From NCBI GenBank assembly GCA_965153455.1, contig OZ234493.1, forward strand, positions 28,200,213-28,264,212: a DNA stretch of 64,000 nt, read 5' to 3'. This document shows positions 12,142-24,176 of this stretch, one piece after another. The position numbers and the translations under genes are program-made. Every line of letters starts with the position of its first letter. The stretch's first letter is position 1. The notes beneath the pieces are model-generated. The model was not told the origin of the DNA and made no database searches. It saw only the letters and a list, made by a program, of their open reading frames with translations. The stretch comes from Sphagnum compactum (Eukaryota).

Positions 12142-14392
12142 CTATACCCAAGGTGAGGATTCTAAGCTTGCATTCTGGAGCAGCTGAATAGCTGCCTGGT
12201 CCCATGGAGCAAACAAAAGTTCATTGCTCATATGGTATACAGCAACAGAAGCATTTTGCAGGGCCATTGCTTTGCATCCACATTCTCCTTCCAACACCCG
12301 TGCAAGCATTGCATTAGTGCGTGCAGCCAATTTGCTATTATTTGGCAATGCAACCAGCCTATGTTTAACTGTCATCCCAATCCACAACCCCAATTAACAC
12401 CCAGTTACCACAATACCTAAAGTCTGCTTGAGCTTTAGTGTCATGCTCAACCATTGCTAAATTTGAAACAGAACCTCCTGACCCTATATTCAAACAATCC
12501 AGGCCCCCAGTAAATCACAGCCCCCATATCATTGATTTAATACTAGTAGCAATGCCACTACACTAATATCCATCTAACATCATTGCCAAATTGTCCTTCA
12601 CCAATGACTGATAAGAGTTTGGACACATTAGGTGGAAGTCAGGCAATTGGGTCACCTTGAATTGGAAAAATTGATCTGCCTGTCACATTTGTACCCCGCA
12701 CATCAAGTAGATGTAAGTCTGGAATTGCTGCAATCAAAGGTCAGCTATGAGTCACCAAGGAAATTGTCTCCACTATAGAAATCGTCACAAAAGGTAAAGA
12801 TTTTGGGGCTAATGTTGAGGTTTGAAACTAACCAAGCAAGTGAGAAATAGAAGCCTGTGTGATGAGCGTGTGCTGCAGATGCAAATAGGTCAAATGAGAA
12901 GCAGGCCACTGTTGCAATAGTTGCTCCAGTACTTCATTCCAATCACCAGTACTCTGAGGAGCTTGCTTTTTTCTCAGAGAGCCAGAACTGGATTCAGTAA
13001 CTACCCAAGCATGCAGCCTACTGCCATATGTGAGAGCCTCCACCAACCCATCACCAACACCCGTGCCACTAACATTCAATGCACGTAGCTCTTTCAAACC
13101 TGCCTACAATACACAAGGCCACTTGTTGACTGGAATGCAACATAGTGTTCAATCCAATGCCCTGTTCAGAAACCCTCCACCCTAAAACATCAAGGGTAAA
13201 GCCATGAACTTAAGACCTGGAAGATAGTAGGCAGCAAGCTTGTCTGTTATGGAGGTGACATTCTCCAGATCCAAACACTGTAGGTGTGGCAGCTCTGTAT
13301 CCAAAACAGACAAAAGTGCTCACATTCTCAAGTGCCAAATCAATGTATCAATTCAGAATTCAGCATTTGGACACACCAACCTGAAGCCTACTATGATGCC
13401 CTGGTTATCAAGTCTTGGATGTTCATATCCCATTGGAAGTGCAACTACCATGGAGAGAAACTCTAACAATGAAGTATTGCATAGGTGGAAGGTATCGGCC
13501 TTCAAGGTTTGAAAGCTGTAAGAAACTTAAATTAGGAAATTACCAAATCTCAAAAAGACAAGCTGGACACATGATCAACTAAAACCTTTAACACACATGG
13601 AATGTTCAGGAATGTCATAAGTCAAGGTCCACAGATGTTTAGGGCTAGGGTTTAGAGCAAGAAGATAGAATCAAACAGTGTAAGGGACCATGAGCCTTAC
13701 CTTGAATACATGAGATGCTTTCACCAGGCAAATACCAACAGTCACGTAGTATCAAACACTCCAAAGATTTGAGACCTGACATTCAAATGAGTATGCCCAC
13801 AAGAGCGTGAATTTTGATGAACAATCTGAAAGAGAAAAACAATCTTTCAGAGGCTTTCTTAACTGAATACAACCAATATATTAGTACAGTCCTGCGCTAG
13901 TGATGCAGTTATTTCAAGGGAATAAGAAGATATTGCAGACAAGGAAAAAGATCATGCGAAATTCGTCACCAAAATCTCATGCAAAAAAAATCTGGTGACC
14001 AGACAACAGAAAACGGCCATACCTGGAAGGAAACTGAGGTCGTTGAGCCAAGAGCATCCTGCAAGATCCAGTCTCACAAGATTCCCCAAATGAACCAAAT
14101 GCTGCAACCCCTTGGAATTTAAGTGTTCAATTCCAGAAAGACACAGACTCTGAGGTCTACAACAGGACCCACAAAAGATCTGCAGCTCAAGAAGCAAGGG
14201 TCTCCTAGCTAAAAACTTCTGTACAAGAATTGATGCTATTTCAAGCGGAAGAAACTGCAACCTGTCCGCATAAAGTGGTAAGCTACCTACAGCTTGCTGC
14301 ATACAAAGCTGCAACAAAGAGGGCCTTCCCGAGACGAAGAATCTCTCTGACCCTGGACTAGTTGGACAAAATCCAGAAAGAGCCCTCTCCAT
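12142..14392 (-). CDS. RNI-like leucine-rich-repeat protein (362 aa) with N-terminal BC-box/cullin-box-like motif
   Basis: Hand-spliced GT-AG exons: 14392-14023, 13775-13701, 13294-13217, 13099-12833, 12727-12656, 12368-12142. The total is 1089 nt, in frame, and all introns are phase 1. LRR units: LVRLDLAGC, LECLILRDC, LQCLDLENV, LRALNVSGT, LTYLHLQHT, LHLLDVRGT. The last exon might alternatively splice further downstream. Confidence 0.8.
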
Positions 14393-14727
14393 CTATTAAC
14401 TGGGAAGAAAGAACTCCAAAACACCCAAAGCCTTGCAAACCCTTCTGCAAACTCTGCACCCACATGGCTCCCTTTCGGGAACTCGTGACGCTCGTACTTA
14501 CTCTAACTGGGTTGGCTATAACTATGCAACGTTCCTCGTGTATAGATGGATGATGGCATGTCCAATTTTGGATTGAACTCATCTGGACTGAGTTGGTTTG
14601 TAGTAGATAACAGAAAGAACCGTCAAAATTGTTCCGTGAAGATGGTTTTCGAGCGAAATCTAGCGCACGGCCTTTCGCTCTCACTGAAGATCCCATGCGA
14701 GCCTCTGAGAGTACCTTCTGTATAGAA

Positions 14728-14836
14728 GAAGGGCCTGAGTAACAGGCCCTTCCATGATTTGAGATCTGTGCCCGAGGCCAGTAGGCCGAGGGAACAGGTC
14801 GAAAATCACGGAAGGGCTTGTACTCAGGTCCTTTTC
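14728..14836. repeat. Nested GC-rich palindrome (~52-bp imperfect arms)
   Basis: gaagggcctgagtaacaggcccttccatgatttgagatctgtgcccgaggcc pairs imperfectly with ggccgagggaacaggtcgaaaatcacggaagggcttgtactcaggtccttttc. The left arm also contains its own perfect 10-bp hairpin, gaagggcctg/caggcccttc. Confidence 0.85.
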
Positions 14837-14889
14837 CTAAGTAAAGCAGAGCTGGGATTTTTCACTTTTTAGAAATAGTGACAGGTTGG

Positions 14890-16100
14890 CTGGTACCTTC
14901 CACCACAGAAGATCCTCCTTGCTGAAAACAGGTTTCTTCAGGCATGTAATGGAGTTGAAAATCCAAAGGAAAAATCCAGGCAGTGCTTTGCGTAATTTGG
15001 AACAGGTTACCTTGTGCATAAGGTTCCTTTCATCGAAGATGAATTGCAACTATCTGTTTTACAAAAGAAATATTAGTTATTTTTGTCAGATAAGGACCTC
15101 AACCATTGTTGTTGTTTTCAGAATCTGAGTCCTGCGCCTGGCTCCCACATCATCCAAGGCCCTCATTTTTCAAATAGCTCCATTTTAGGTCCTTAGTCCT
15201 TACCGTACAAGCTTGGATGAATTTCTAAATTTCTGGTGATCGAAAACATGATTCTTAGTCCAACATTGCTTCAAGTTGCATTGGGATCATATGTTGGTGG
15301 TGGGATATGGGCCAAAGTGGCACCTGGTTAAGTCTGACAAATTGTGAAAGTCAATTGAAGAGTTCGGAACCTTGGTATTTTGATAGTATGTATCCTAACA
15401 TGACCAATTGTTGTAGAATGATTTGGTCTTTCTTTGGGAGCAGTCATGGTAGGGACCCTCATGATGGGGCAGGGACTGCTATAAGAAGGTTTTTTGAGGA
15501 GAGAGCAACTCCCTGTGAGAAACTGCAAAGTGCAGAGGTAGATATTTCTGAGGAAGCATCTATCTGATAGACCAGAAACATCATACACCGGTGGTAGGAG
15601 CCTCTAAAAGGGTTTTTCTAGCATGTCAAATCAGATGATATTACCCAAAATACACATCCTTCAACTGCAACCCTCTAAAGGGAACCATGAAATCCTATTC
15701 TATTTTTCATCTAACAAGCATGACCTAAACCAAATTGTTGGTTGAAGATCTAGCTTTTTATTTTCTGTTTGGATCAAACGTGGGAGGATTGTGAGAATGT
15801 ACATTGGACTGCCTGCTGGACTCCTGGCCATTTTGCAGCCCTTTGACACCACAGCAATTGCAATGCATGATCCTGGATTGGGCCAGAATAGTGCTGATGC
15901 AGATGGTCAGGCTGCTACTGTGGATGTTGGTGACAATGTTGCCTTCAAAGCCGAGGCTGGCAACTTCAAAGGTGTTTTTCTGGACTGTTTGTTGTCAAGA
16001 CCTCTCCAGGCCTTAGATCGACAGCCCAAAGTGAACAAGAGAAGATGTGGATCAACAAGGAAGACCCTTCTGCATAAGACATGTAGAAGCAGCACTCCTT
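14890..16100 (+). mobile_element. DDE-type DNA transposase relic (SD-C-SQ-K / SHGKG-HDG motif family; superfamily not assigned)
   Basis: Fragments in order: KHDS..VQHCFKLHWDH, LTNCESQLKSSEPWYF, WSFFGSSHGRDPHDGAG, LDQTWEDCENVHWT, VGDNVAFKAEAGNFKGVF. They are interrupted by stops and frameshifts. Confidence 0.6.
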
Positions 16101-16981
16101 GTTGATTCAAGAGTGAAAACTTACAATAACACAGCACAATCTAGTGCCACAGAGCTCTGCACTACAATGAAAATCAGTTTTATGCTGACCTGATGCAAAT
16201 TCTCTCTCAACTTTCTCCAGAACTACAGTTTAGAAAACTACCTCCTTTCTTCATCAAGGGAGAGACAACTCTGTTATACAGACCTCTCCTTTGCCAATCT
16301 CCATTCACTATGCAGATATAAGCCACCCATCTCTCTGATGTCTCCCTTCTTTCTCCCTTTCTCATTGGCTCCATTGATCTGGAGTGCATTGAAACCAACA
16401 TGAAGGGTGAGATCAAAACCTACAATGTTTCTTCGCACCAAACAATAACAGCTGGCAAGCTCCCTAGACAAAAAGACTACCAACTTTACACTGCCACCCT
16501 GATCCAAACTTGTAGACAAGGCCCCCAAATAGAAGATTCACAAGAAAAGCTTACAGCAGGCTAGAGATTGGCAACATAGTGAGGTGACATTAGACTACCA
16601 CAAAACCTACATAAATTTCACTTAAAGCAGTGCTCTCTGCCCCAATCCTTCCCCTACCCACTAAAAAAAGAAGCCAATTCATCACACCTGTGCTTCTTGC
16701 ACATTGACAATATTGCAGCAGAATTGCAAATTTGCAATTGGCCATTCAGTCACTGTTAATAGTCACTTTGAAAGTGAAGACAAGGCACATCCTTTCCACA
16801 TCAGGGTCCTGTACCACAGAATCCCTATACATTGTGACAAGATAAAGCAGGAAAGACTTGGAAATGAGTATTCCCCTTGACCTAAATCAATCCTGTCACT
16901 CATGCACCAGTCCCAGCTCCCACTAGTACTAGAGCGTAATTTCTAATTCCCCACCGGAGCCAATTGTCCCTGAGATGGAAC

Positions 16982-19097
16982 TCAACTCTCAGTCTGTATA
17001 CTGAGCATTCTGTCAGGTGGAACATCACTACCTTTCATATGGCTATTATTATATAATATGGTGCCAGCAGCTTCAAGACGCTTCCATGTATCCTCTCGCT
17101 TCTCGTCAAGTCCTTTTGACTTTGCTTCATCCTCCTCGAACTTGTGCTGGCATTCTTGGAAAACCTCCTGGTCCATCTCCAAGAACATTTTGCGCACATT
17201 CAGTGTTAGCCCATGCACTGCCTGATTCCAGTGGCTGTGTATGTTCCTCTCCAAGGCTGCAAAGATCAAGGGAAGCACCACCTGCCGATTCTGAGCTACT
17301 AGGCTCACAAAATGGTCGTTGTTCCACAAAAATAGTGCCCTCTCTGCTACCTGACCATCTCAAAAAGCATCAAAATTATAATTTCACTTCACAAGCACCA
17401 ACATCAGCATGTAATTAAAAATATGGATGCCAGCATGACAGATTGCAGAGGCAAAAGAGACAAGATGAAGGAGATCAGGAGAAAGTCCAAAGCCTGAACA
17501 CAAGGAGCCTCTACATAGCTACCCTGTGTACAGGCAACACAATCATTTTGAAACAGCATCCTCCAACTTATGATTATTCTGAGTCAGCCACAGACATTAG
17601 CTACCTGTTGCCAAAACCATTGCATTTATAGATCTCAGTGACTTGGTGATGGACTGCAGAAATGACCAGTTACCTTATATCATCCTCCATGATAGTCAAC
17701 AAATAAAGAAGAGGTTGCCAAGAAGTTTAAGAAGGTGGATGTTCAAAAGGTAGCCCATCCTAACTAGATAGACTGGAAGATGGTGATCATCCTGAGCCAA
17801 TCCATCAGTTAATGGAAACACATACTAAAGACTTCACCAGAAGTGAGTTAGGCTTCACCTGGAAGTGTGAGCTATTAAGGCAGCGACTGAATTGTTGGAA
17901 CAATGGAACCATGCACCTCTGAAACTCTGCAGCTTGTGTGGCCTCCAACACCTCTTCCAGCTCTCCAAGAAATAAGACCTCCTTTTGGCTGTTTGTGACA
18001 GGCCAATACTTGAGCAGGCCCCTGACAACTGTATCTGCAAGCTTGTAGTCCTTCTCCACAAACTGAATAATACAGTAAGAGAGCTGCTGGTGATACATTG
18101 ACATACATTTTGGTTTATGCAAAGGAATTAATGCTCGGACCAAGAAAAGCTTGTGCTCTTCTTTGAGAGGTAGAGCAAAGCCATTGATGATGCTACCAAG
18201 AATCTCCAGCAGCTCAGCCACACCATTGTGCTTTTCAGTCTCAAAAATGAACTGATAGAAGATATTGTTAATTGCCTTTCGGATAAAGGGGCGGTGAACC
18301 ATGAACTTGCCATAAATGCGGTGCAGTATGGTTTTCAGGTATTCTCTTTCTCTTGGGTCCTCCGAATCAAACAAGTCCAAAAGTCTCAGCACAAATGACT
18401 GGTCAATGTACCTTTTTGCAACCTTTGCATCAGTTTCAGAGGACACAACATAGCGCAACAGAAACTCATAAACAATTTGTAGATGTGGCCAAGCAGGCTC
18501 CATAGTAGGCTCTTCTTCTTCTGGGTCAAAGCTGTCAGAGCCTGTGTTTTCATGGGATGAGGGGGGCAAGGCGCGAAATAGATTTGCCACCACCATTTTA
18601 CTGATATCCTCAAACACAGCTTCAGTGAACTTGCCTGTCCCTGAAGTTACATAGTCCACTAACTCCAGCAAATTTTGCCGCTTGATTTCCTTCTCTTTAA
18701 CGTCCTTCGTGGGATCTGTAAAGTCAAATATATAGCAGCACAGATTAAGCTTCCTAATGAACAGATTCTGTCTTTCTGAGCTTGGCACGTCTCTAAACAA
18801 CGGGAGTGACTCAAAACCACCATTTGGTAACTTCTCTTGCAGTGGTCCGAGGCGTGCTGCTAGAGCAGGTGGTATCGGTGGTGCACTAGTTCGAGAAGCA
18901 GGTGCAGCCAGTAATCTGCTTGCAGCTACATTTGTGCCAGCTCTGGTGACCGCTGGCTGTGGAGCAGCCATTGCAGGGGCTGAGGTCGATCCACCTGGAG
19001 GTGCTGTGGAAGCAGACGATGCTGCTGCATCATTGCTGTTGTCTGCTTTTGAACCTTTAGTTCCACGCTGGATCACGCGCTTTAGCTTGAAAACCAT
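16982..19097 (-). CDS. Protein phosphatase 2A regulatory subunit B' (B56 family), 535 aa
   Basis: Exons 19097-17859 and 17350-16982; the GT-AG intron joins [16 protein letters not shown]. Diagnostic B56 motifs: [70 protein letters not shown]. Confidence 0.98.
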
Positions 19098-19099
19098 CC

Positions 19100-19806
19100 C
19101 TGACTAAACAACAGTAAACCTTATTCCACTCCTTGCTTCCCCAAGAATGGCACGCCACTGCGCAAACCCTAACGCCACTCTCCTTTTTCCCGCACTAATA
19201 CCCTCCAGCCACCACTGCATTGGCAATAGTTATCTTGTACCCAACATAAGGTACGTATGCGTCCATGCAGTCTTGTGCGCCTACTGTGAGGCACCTCGCA
19301 CCTTATCTTCGACTGATGCAGCACTAGTATTTACAAAGAATGTCATTGCACAAGCAAGTAGAGAGCTGCAAGGGATATCAAAGGAATGTTCCGCACCCAA
19401 CCTGCATCCCCCTTGCGGACATAGCCTGGGCCTGAACATATAGCCCAATTCTCGATTTCCACAGCGGAGGGGGTCACATTTCTCGAACCTCGGAAACTTC
19501 AAGAGGTGAGCTCAATCCTTCAAACCCCAGCAGTCTGATCGCCACTGATCGCCTCAGTCATGGCCAGCCATAAAGGTGGCTCCCGTCCTGCGCGCGCCCT
19601 AAACAACCGAAGACCCAATGCACACTTCGCCAACGCCTGAGGTACTGTGCAATCCGTCGTTGCCTCACCACGCCTGAGTTACTGTGCAGCAAAACCCTAA
19701 GGGACCAGTTCCAGTTCTCCCTTCGCAAGCGTAATAATAAGACGCGAACCCAACCACGAATAGTAGTACCTAGTAGCTGACATATAACTAACCCACACCC
19801 ACTCAC
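19100..19806 (-). other. Probable 5'-UTR intron of the PP2A B' gene
   Basis: Acceptor TTTAGTCAG ends at 19100, 2 nt before the ATG. A strong donor G|GTGAGT lies at 19806 in a GC/CpG-rich region (about 19500-20060) that looks like an unmethylated first exon/promoter. Confidence 0.55.
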
Positions 19807-20256
19807 CCGCGCCCAGTAGTCTTACAACTGAAGTGACGGCATTAGCCGCTGGTTGAGGCCAATTCACGAAGAGAATCCGGAGGAACAAAGGGACCTCACC
19901 AAGAAGCCACGGAGCCCAGCTTCTTCGTTCATCGCCAACGCAGGCCTGTGTACCTAAACTACGCATTGTCGACCTCACGTCCTCTCTATAGGCGCGAGGG
20001 AGGACTCCCGACTTCCGGACGAATCGACGGCTTTCCGTGCTCCTCGCCTCATCCAAAGGTCCAGAGCACCACTCATATCTCCACCTATGGGTACATAGGT
20101 GTACGATTACAAGGCCACAAATGAACCAACATCCACCAGATGCCCACCCGTTACTGCTCAGTAATCCAACATCCATCCAGTTGTGGATGAACCTCAACTG
20201 AGGTAATATTTGGTTTCACCTTGGTGACCAATTCTGTAGGAAATAGGTCTCATACA

Positions 20257-20292
20257 TAGGTAGGTAGGTAGTAGGTAGGTAGGAAAATAGGT
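20257..20292. repeat. (TAGG)n microsatellite
   Basis: taggtaggtaggtagtaggtaggtagg seen directly. Confidence 0.8.
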
Positions 20293-21217
20293 AACTACTA
20301 AGTAAGTAGATGGTTTGTACATATGTAAGGGCTGTTTTTATCACCTATTTACTAACAACCTGCTTGTGGGTTGTTAATTAGTAGGTGGGTAGTAGTTAAA
20401 GGAAGCAACTGAGCTAACTACCATGGTTAGCTAAGGAACTGGAACACAACAGAAAACTGTTTTCAGACCATTTTATCATCCATCCTTCATTTTCTTTGGT
20501 TCTTTTTACAGATTTTGGAGGTTGGGATAGATATGTATCTATGGCCCACTAGAGATACACAAGGGAGTGTGCGGCCTAATAGAGCCTATTTTAAGTGTGC
20601 ACTAAGTAGAATTTTAGCACAAAAAAATTTCTACTTTGTGCTATAAAAAAATTTGTGCTAACTTTTCACTAGCACAAAAAAATTTAGCACAAAAAAAAAT
20701 TTCTCCAAAATATTTGGGTTTCCAAAATAATCTACATACACACAAAGGGGGCTTCCCTAATGTGAGACCACAAACTAGCATGAGAAGTGAAATGTGCCCT
20801 TAATTTGAGAATGCCCCAGTCCTCATCAGGAGTTCTCTTCTCTGTTTAATATTTGTACATGAATCATGTTTTGTGGGCCTTGCCTACTACCAAGGCCCTT
20901 AAGGATATTATTGTGTTTAGATTCATTATAGAGTATAGTAGCTTAAGGGATTTTTATAGGCCCCTACTAGGTAATAATAATAATAATAGGTCTATTTTTA
21001 TATGAGGCATTTTGGAAGATGATATTTTGGCTTTGTGTTGAAGCTTGAAATTAATTATAGAGTTATGATATCTTGACGGATTTTGGTTTCTTTTAGAGGA
21101 CTTTTTTGAAGATCATATTTTGCATGGTGAAATATTCGAATTTCCATAATTCTTCTTTTGCCTTAAGATACTTTTTAACGTAAATGGCAAGGCCATAGTG
21201 TGTGACACACCCCCCTT

Positions 21218-21347
21218 GTTTGGGTTTCAATCGAGCATAAGGTGAACTGCGGATTTGGGTACTATAGTATTAATGAATCATGTTTTGTTTGGGTGTCAAT
21301 TGATCCGAAGGTGAATTGCGGGTTTGGGTACTAGGTTATAGTATTAA
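21218..21347. repeat. Imperfect ~69-bp direct tandem duplication
   Basis: gtttgggtttcaatcgagcataaggtgaactgcggatttgggtacta... recurs as gtttgggtgtcaattgatccgaaggtgaattgcgggtttgggtacta... Confidence 0.75.
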
Positions 21348-24176
21348 TTTTTTTGACAATAAGGTCCAAGGGAAACATGAGCCCTTGTGGCTTTTGCACA
21401 AATTATATTATTTTAACAACTACTTGCTTTCATAGTATTTGTAAAATGGTGAAACTGGATCACCAAGATCACACAATGTGCAAGACATCTACTTGCCCCA
21501 AAAAAATGACACTAAACTCTAAACTGAACTTCACAAGGTATTCAATCCATCATTGTTTAGATGGAACTATTTATGGTGAATACAAAGCCTGGTCTGAAGG
21601 ACCCCATTCTTCACATTTATTCCCCTTTCTATTTGCTGCCAAGAACCTGGCATCAAAGTTCTCAATTCTGTCTCTCAATCTTTATACTTCCCTCTCTCTC
21701 TCTGGATAGAATTGCAACTCATGGAAGAGAACCCAATTTCCGAAATTTCAACCTCTTTCATATGCAATTCCCTGCATGTTTTGTAGGATTGAACTTTTGC
21801 AATTGCAGAAACCAGTTGATGACTTTCTTCTGCATACCCCAAGAGAGTTGCTGCTCCAAGGAGAAGATAAGAGGGATTGGGGAGTGTGAGAAGAACAATT
21901 AGGTGCAGGATGCATTGCAGGTCAACCTTGATGCACCCTACTTCCACTTTGCATCTTCCTTTGAGCTTGCATTTTGTTCATCTTGTTTCAAAGAAGAGAA
22001 GGCCTGTTCCCAAAGCCATGGGTTAAAAATCTCTCCAGTAGATTTTGCCAGGTAACCAAGCCAGACAAAGGTTAAGAGATGAAGCAATATTCTTCACACA
22101 AATTGCCAACTCTTCTGTTGACACAAGTCTTTGCAGAATTGCTGGAAGACATAATTCGCACTTGATCAGGCATTAGGGTTTGACAGAATAGCCCAGAGTT
22201 CAGCATTATCACCTCCAATACTAACATTTATGTGAAAGGTTTGTGCATCATGTACTTCACATGTCAAGAATAGAGAATCTGGTGGTGATTTTTGGGTTAG
22301 GAGTTCATAGTACATACCTGTCAAAAAAAGGTTGGTAATGGATTTGAACACATGTGAGGCGTATTGGTGGGCTTAAGAGTAATGTGAATATAAAATCTCT
22401 ACTTTTGAACTCTAGAGTTCAATCACAATTGAACAACCCACAAGAACAATGTTGATGTTGTACTTACACAGATGCACACAGTTCACGGGTGTGATTCTGG
22501 ACATTTCAACTCATCATAAGATAGAAGGAATGCACTCACTGGCATGCATACCCACTTGACTTTTGCAAAATGCTTACATTAAACTTGCCGGAATGGTATC
22601 CATCTTTGAAAAGATTTTTGATGCCACAATGTAATCTCAGTTGTTCAATCTACTCTAGCAACGTCCACTATACTTGCAAATGTAGCTTCAAATTATCAGC
22701 AATGTATGTTTGGTAATAAAAATATCCTTAAAATAATCTGTCTTTGATCCTCCATGTACTCACTCACCATTCCTTTTGAGATATCTATAAAATCTACCAA
22801 AGTGAGAATCACTTCTCAATACGAAAGATGACCACCCAAAAGTGGTCATCACAGTTTTTTGAAAACTAGATTCCAGTCTAACTATGTTATAGTCACATAG
22901 ACTAAAAGACTACTTAGGAAGGGGACTAGGACCAACTTAGGTTATGGGCTATCTAAGATAAGAATTATCAAAAATAAGGTATCCCATAACATAGGTAGCC
23001 CCTAGATAAACACATAAACAAAGACAAAACACAAGAAACAAAAGAATGATGAGAAACAAAAAGACGATGAGAAAAGGAAACTCAAATTGTCCTCAGTTGA
23101 CAGGAAATTTAAGAGAAGAGAATGTATCTTGAATCTAGCTGACAACCAGAAATCACACAATGCAGGATGTCAATAATCAGTCAGTACGAATTTCAAATTG
23201 CAGCTACACTTCACAGTTGGGAAGATACACCTGAGACAAGGCTCTCAAGGTGATGTGATGTTCAGTGCTTTCATGGCTTTCAGTGTCAATTAAACTTTCA
23301 GACAAAGAACTTCCCAAGGTCCTACATAGCTGGAGAAACCAATATGATTCAGCTCACTGTCTAGTGAGTAGTATTGAAGGATTCCACCATGCCCTGCTTC
23401 TCAGAAGCCTGCCTTATAGAGATATGCAGCATTTTTTAAAAAGTGGCTAATGAGGTGCACAGAAGATGCACAGCAAATCACTTCCAGAGGTTGCAAGACC
23501 AATCTAGTAGGGTCAACAAGCCTAACACTTTAAACCCTTCCAGGACATAATGCCTTCTATACTAGGCTCCCACTGGCATTTTCCAACTTACCAAGACAAG
23601 AACTAAAGGATCACCTGAAGAATTAGGGCAAATTTCTCTCAAGAGAAGGCTCTGAAATCAATGTGTAATCACACCGTAACGGTTCTCGTCTCTCAATCAT
23701 GTTTCCTGCAGTATGTTGCCAGGGGGAAATATAACCAATGTATGTTTGAGCATGACCACACATACAGAATATGCTGACAATGTCACATGAAACAATCTCT
23801 TGGTTTGCACCAGCTTCCCAGACAATGAAGTTACACAGAGCAAAGAGGCCTAAACTTTGGTCACCAAAATTGTCAAAACACAAGACTTTAAAACATTACA
23901 ATCCACAAACCAGAGTGATGCCTCTGCAGATCAATCAGACCATCTTCCTATATGAAGGAACCTGCACACAACAAAGTCAGGGATGAAGCAGAGCACATTC
24001 CAGCGATGCTCAGGATCTTCATGAACAGAAGATTTGCACCTATAAGCTACATTAGATAGACTAATTGCACAACTGCATATTGAACTCATGGACAGGAGCC
24101 CACAAATTTATGAAGAATCAAAGGTTGCATGCATACAGAACACTATCCTCAGCCTAATGTATGAATGGAAAGGAAT

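Noticed and set aside
15136..15147. cgcctggctccc resembling the 5' half of miR160
   Set aside because: Only 12 nt match, the 3' half differs, there is no foldback partner, and it lies inside a transposase relic.
19697..20197. 166-aa minus-strand ORF upstream of PP2A B'
   Set aside because: It has a non-ATG start, lies in the GC-rich promoter/5'-UTR where stops are scarce, and has no recognisable domain.
21582..21598. Partial complement to miR166 (aagcctggtctga)
   Set aside because: Short partial match with no hairpin and no HD-ZIP III context.
21600..22070. Possible second Copia gag relic on the minus strand (LLTLPNPSYLLL...TL)
   Set aside because: Only a weak single-motif resemblance, too degraded to support without a search.
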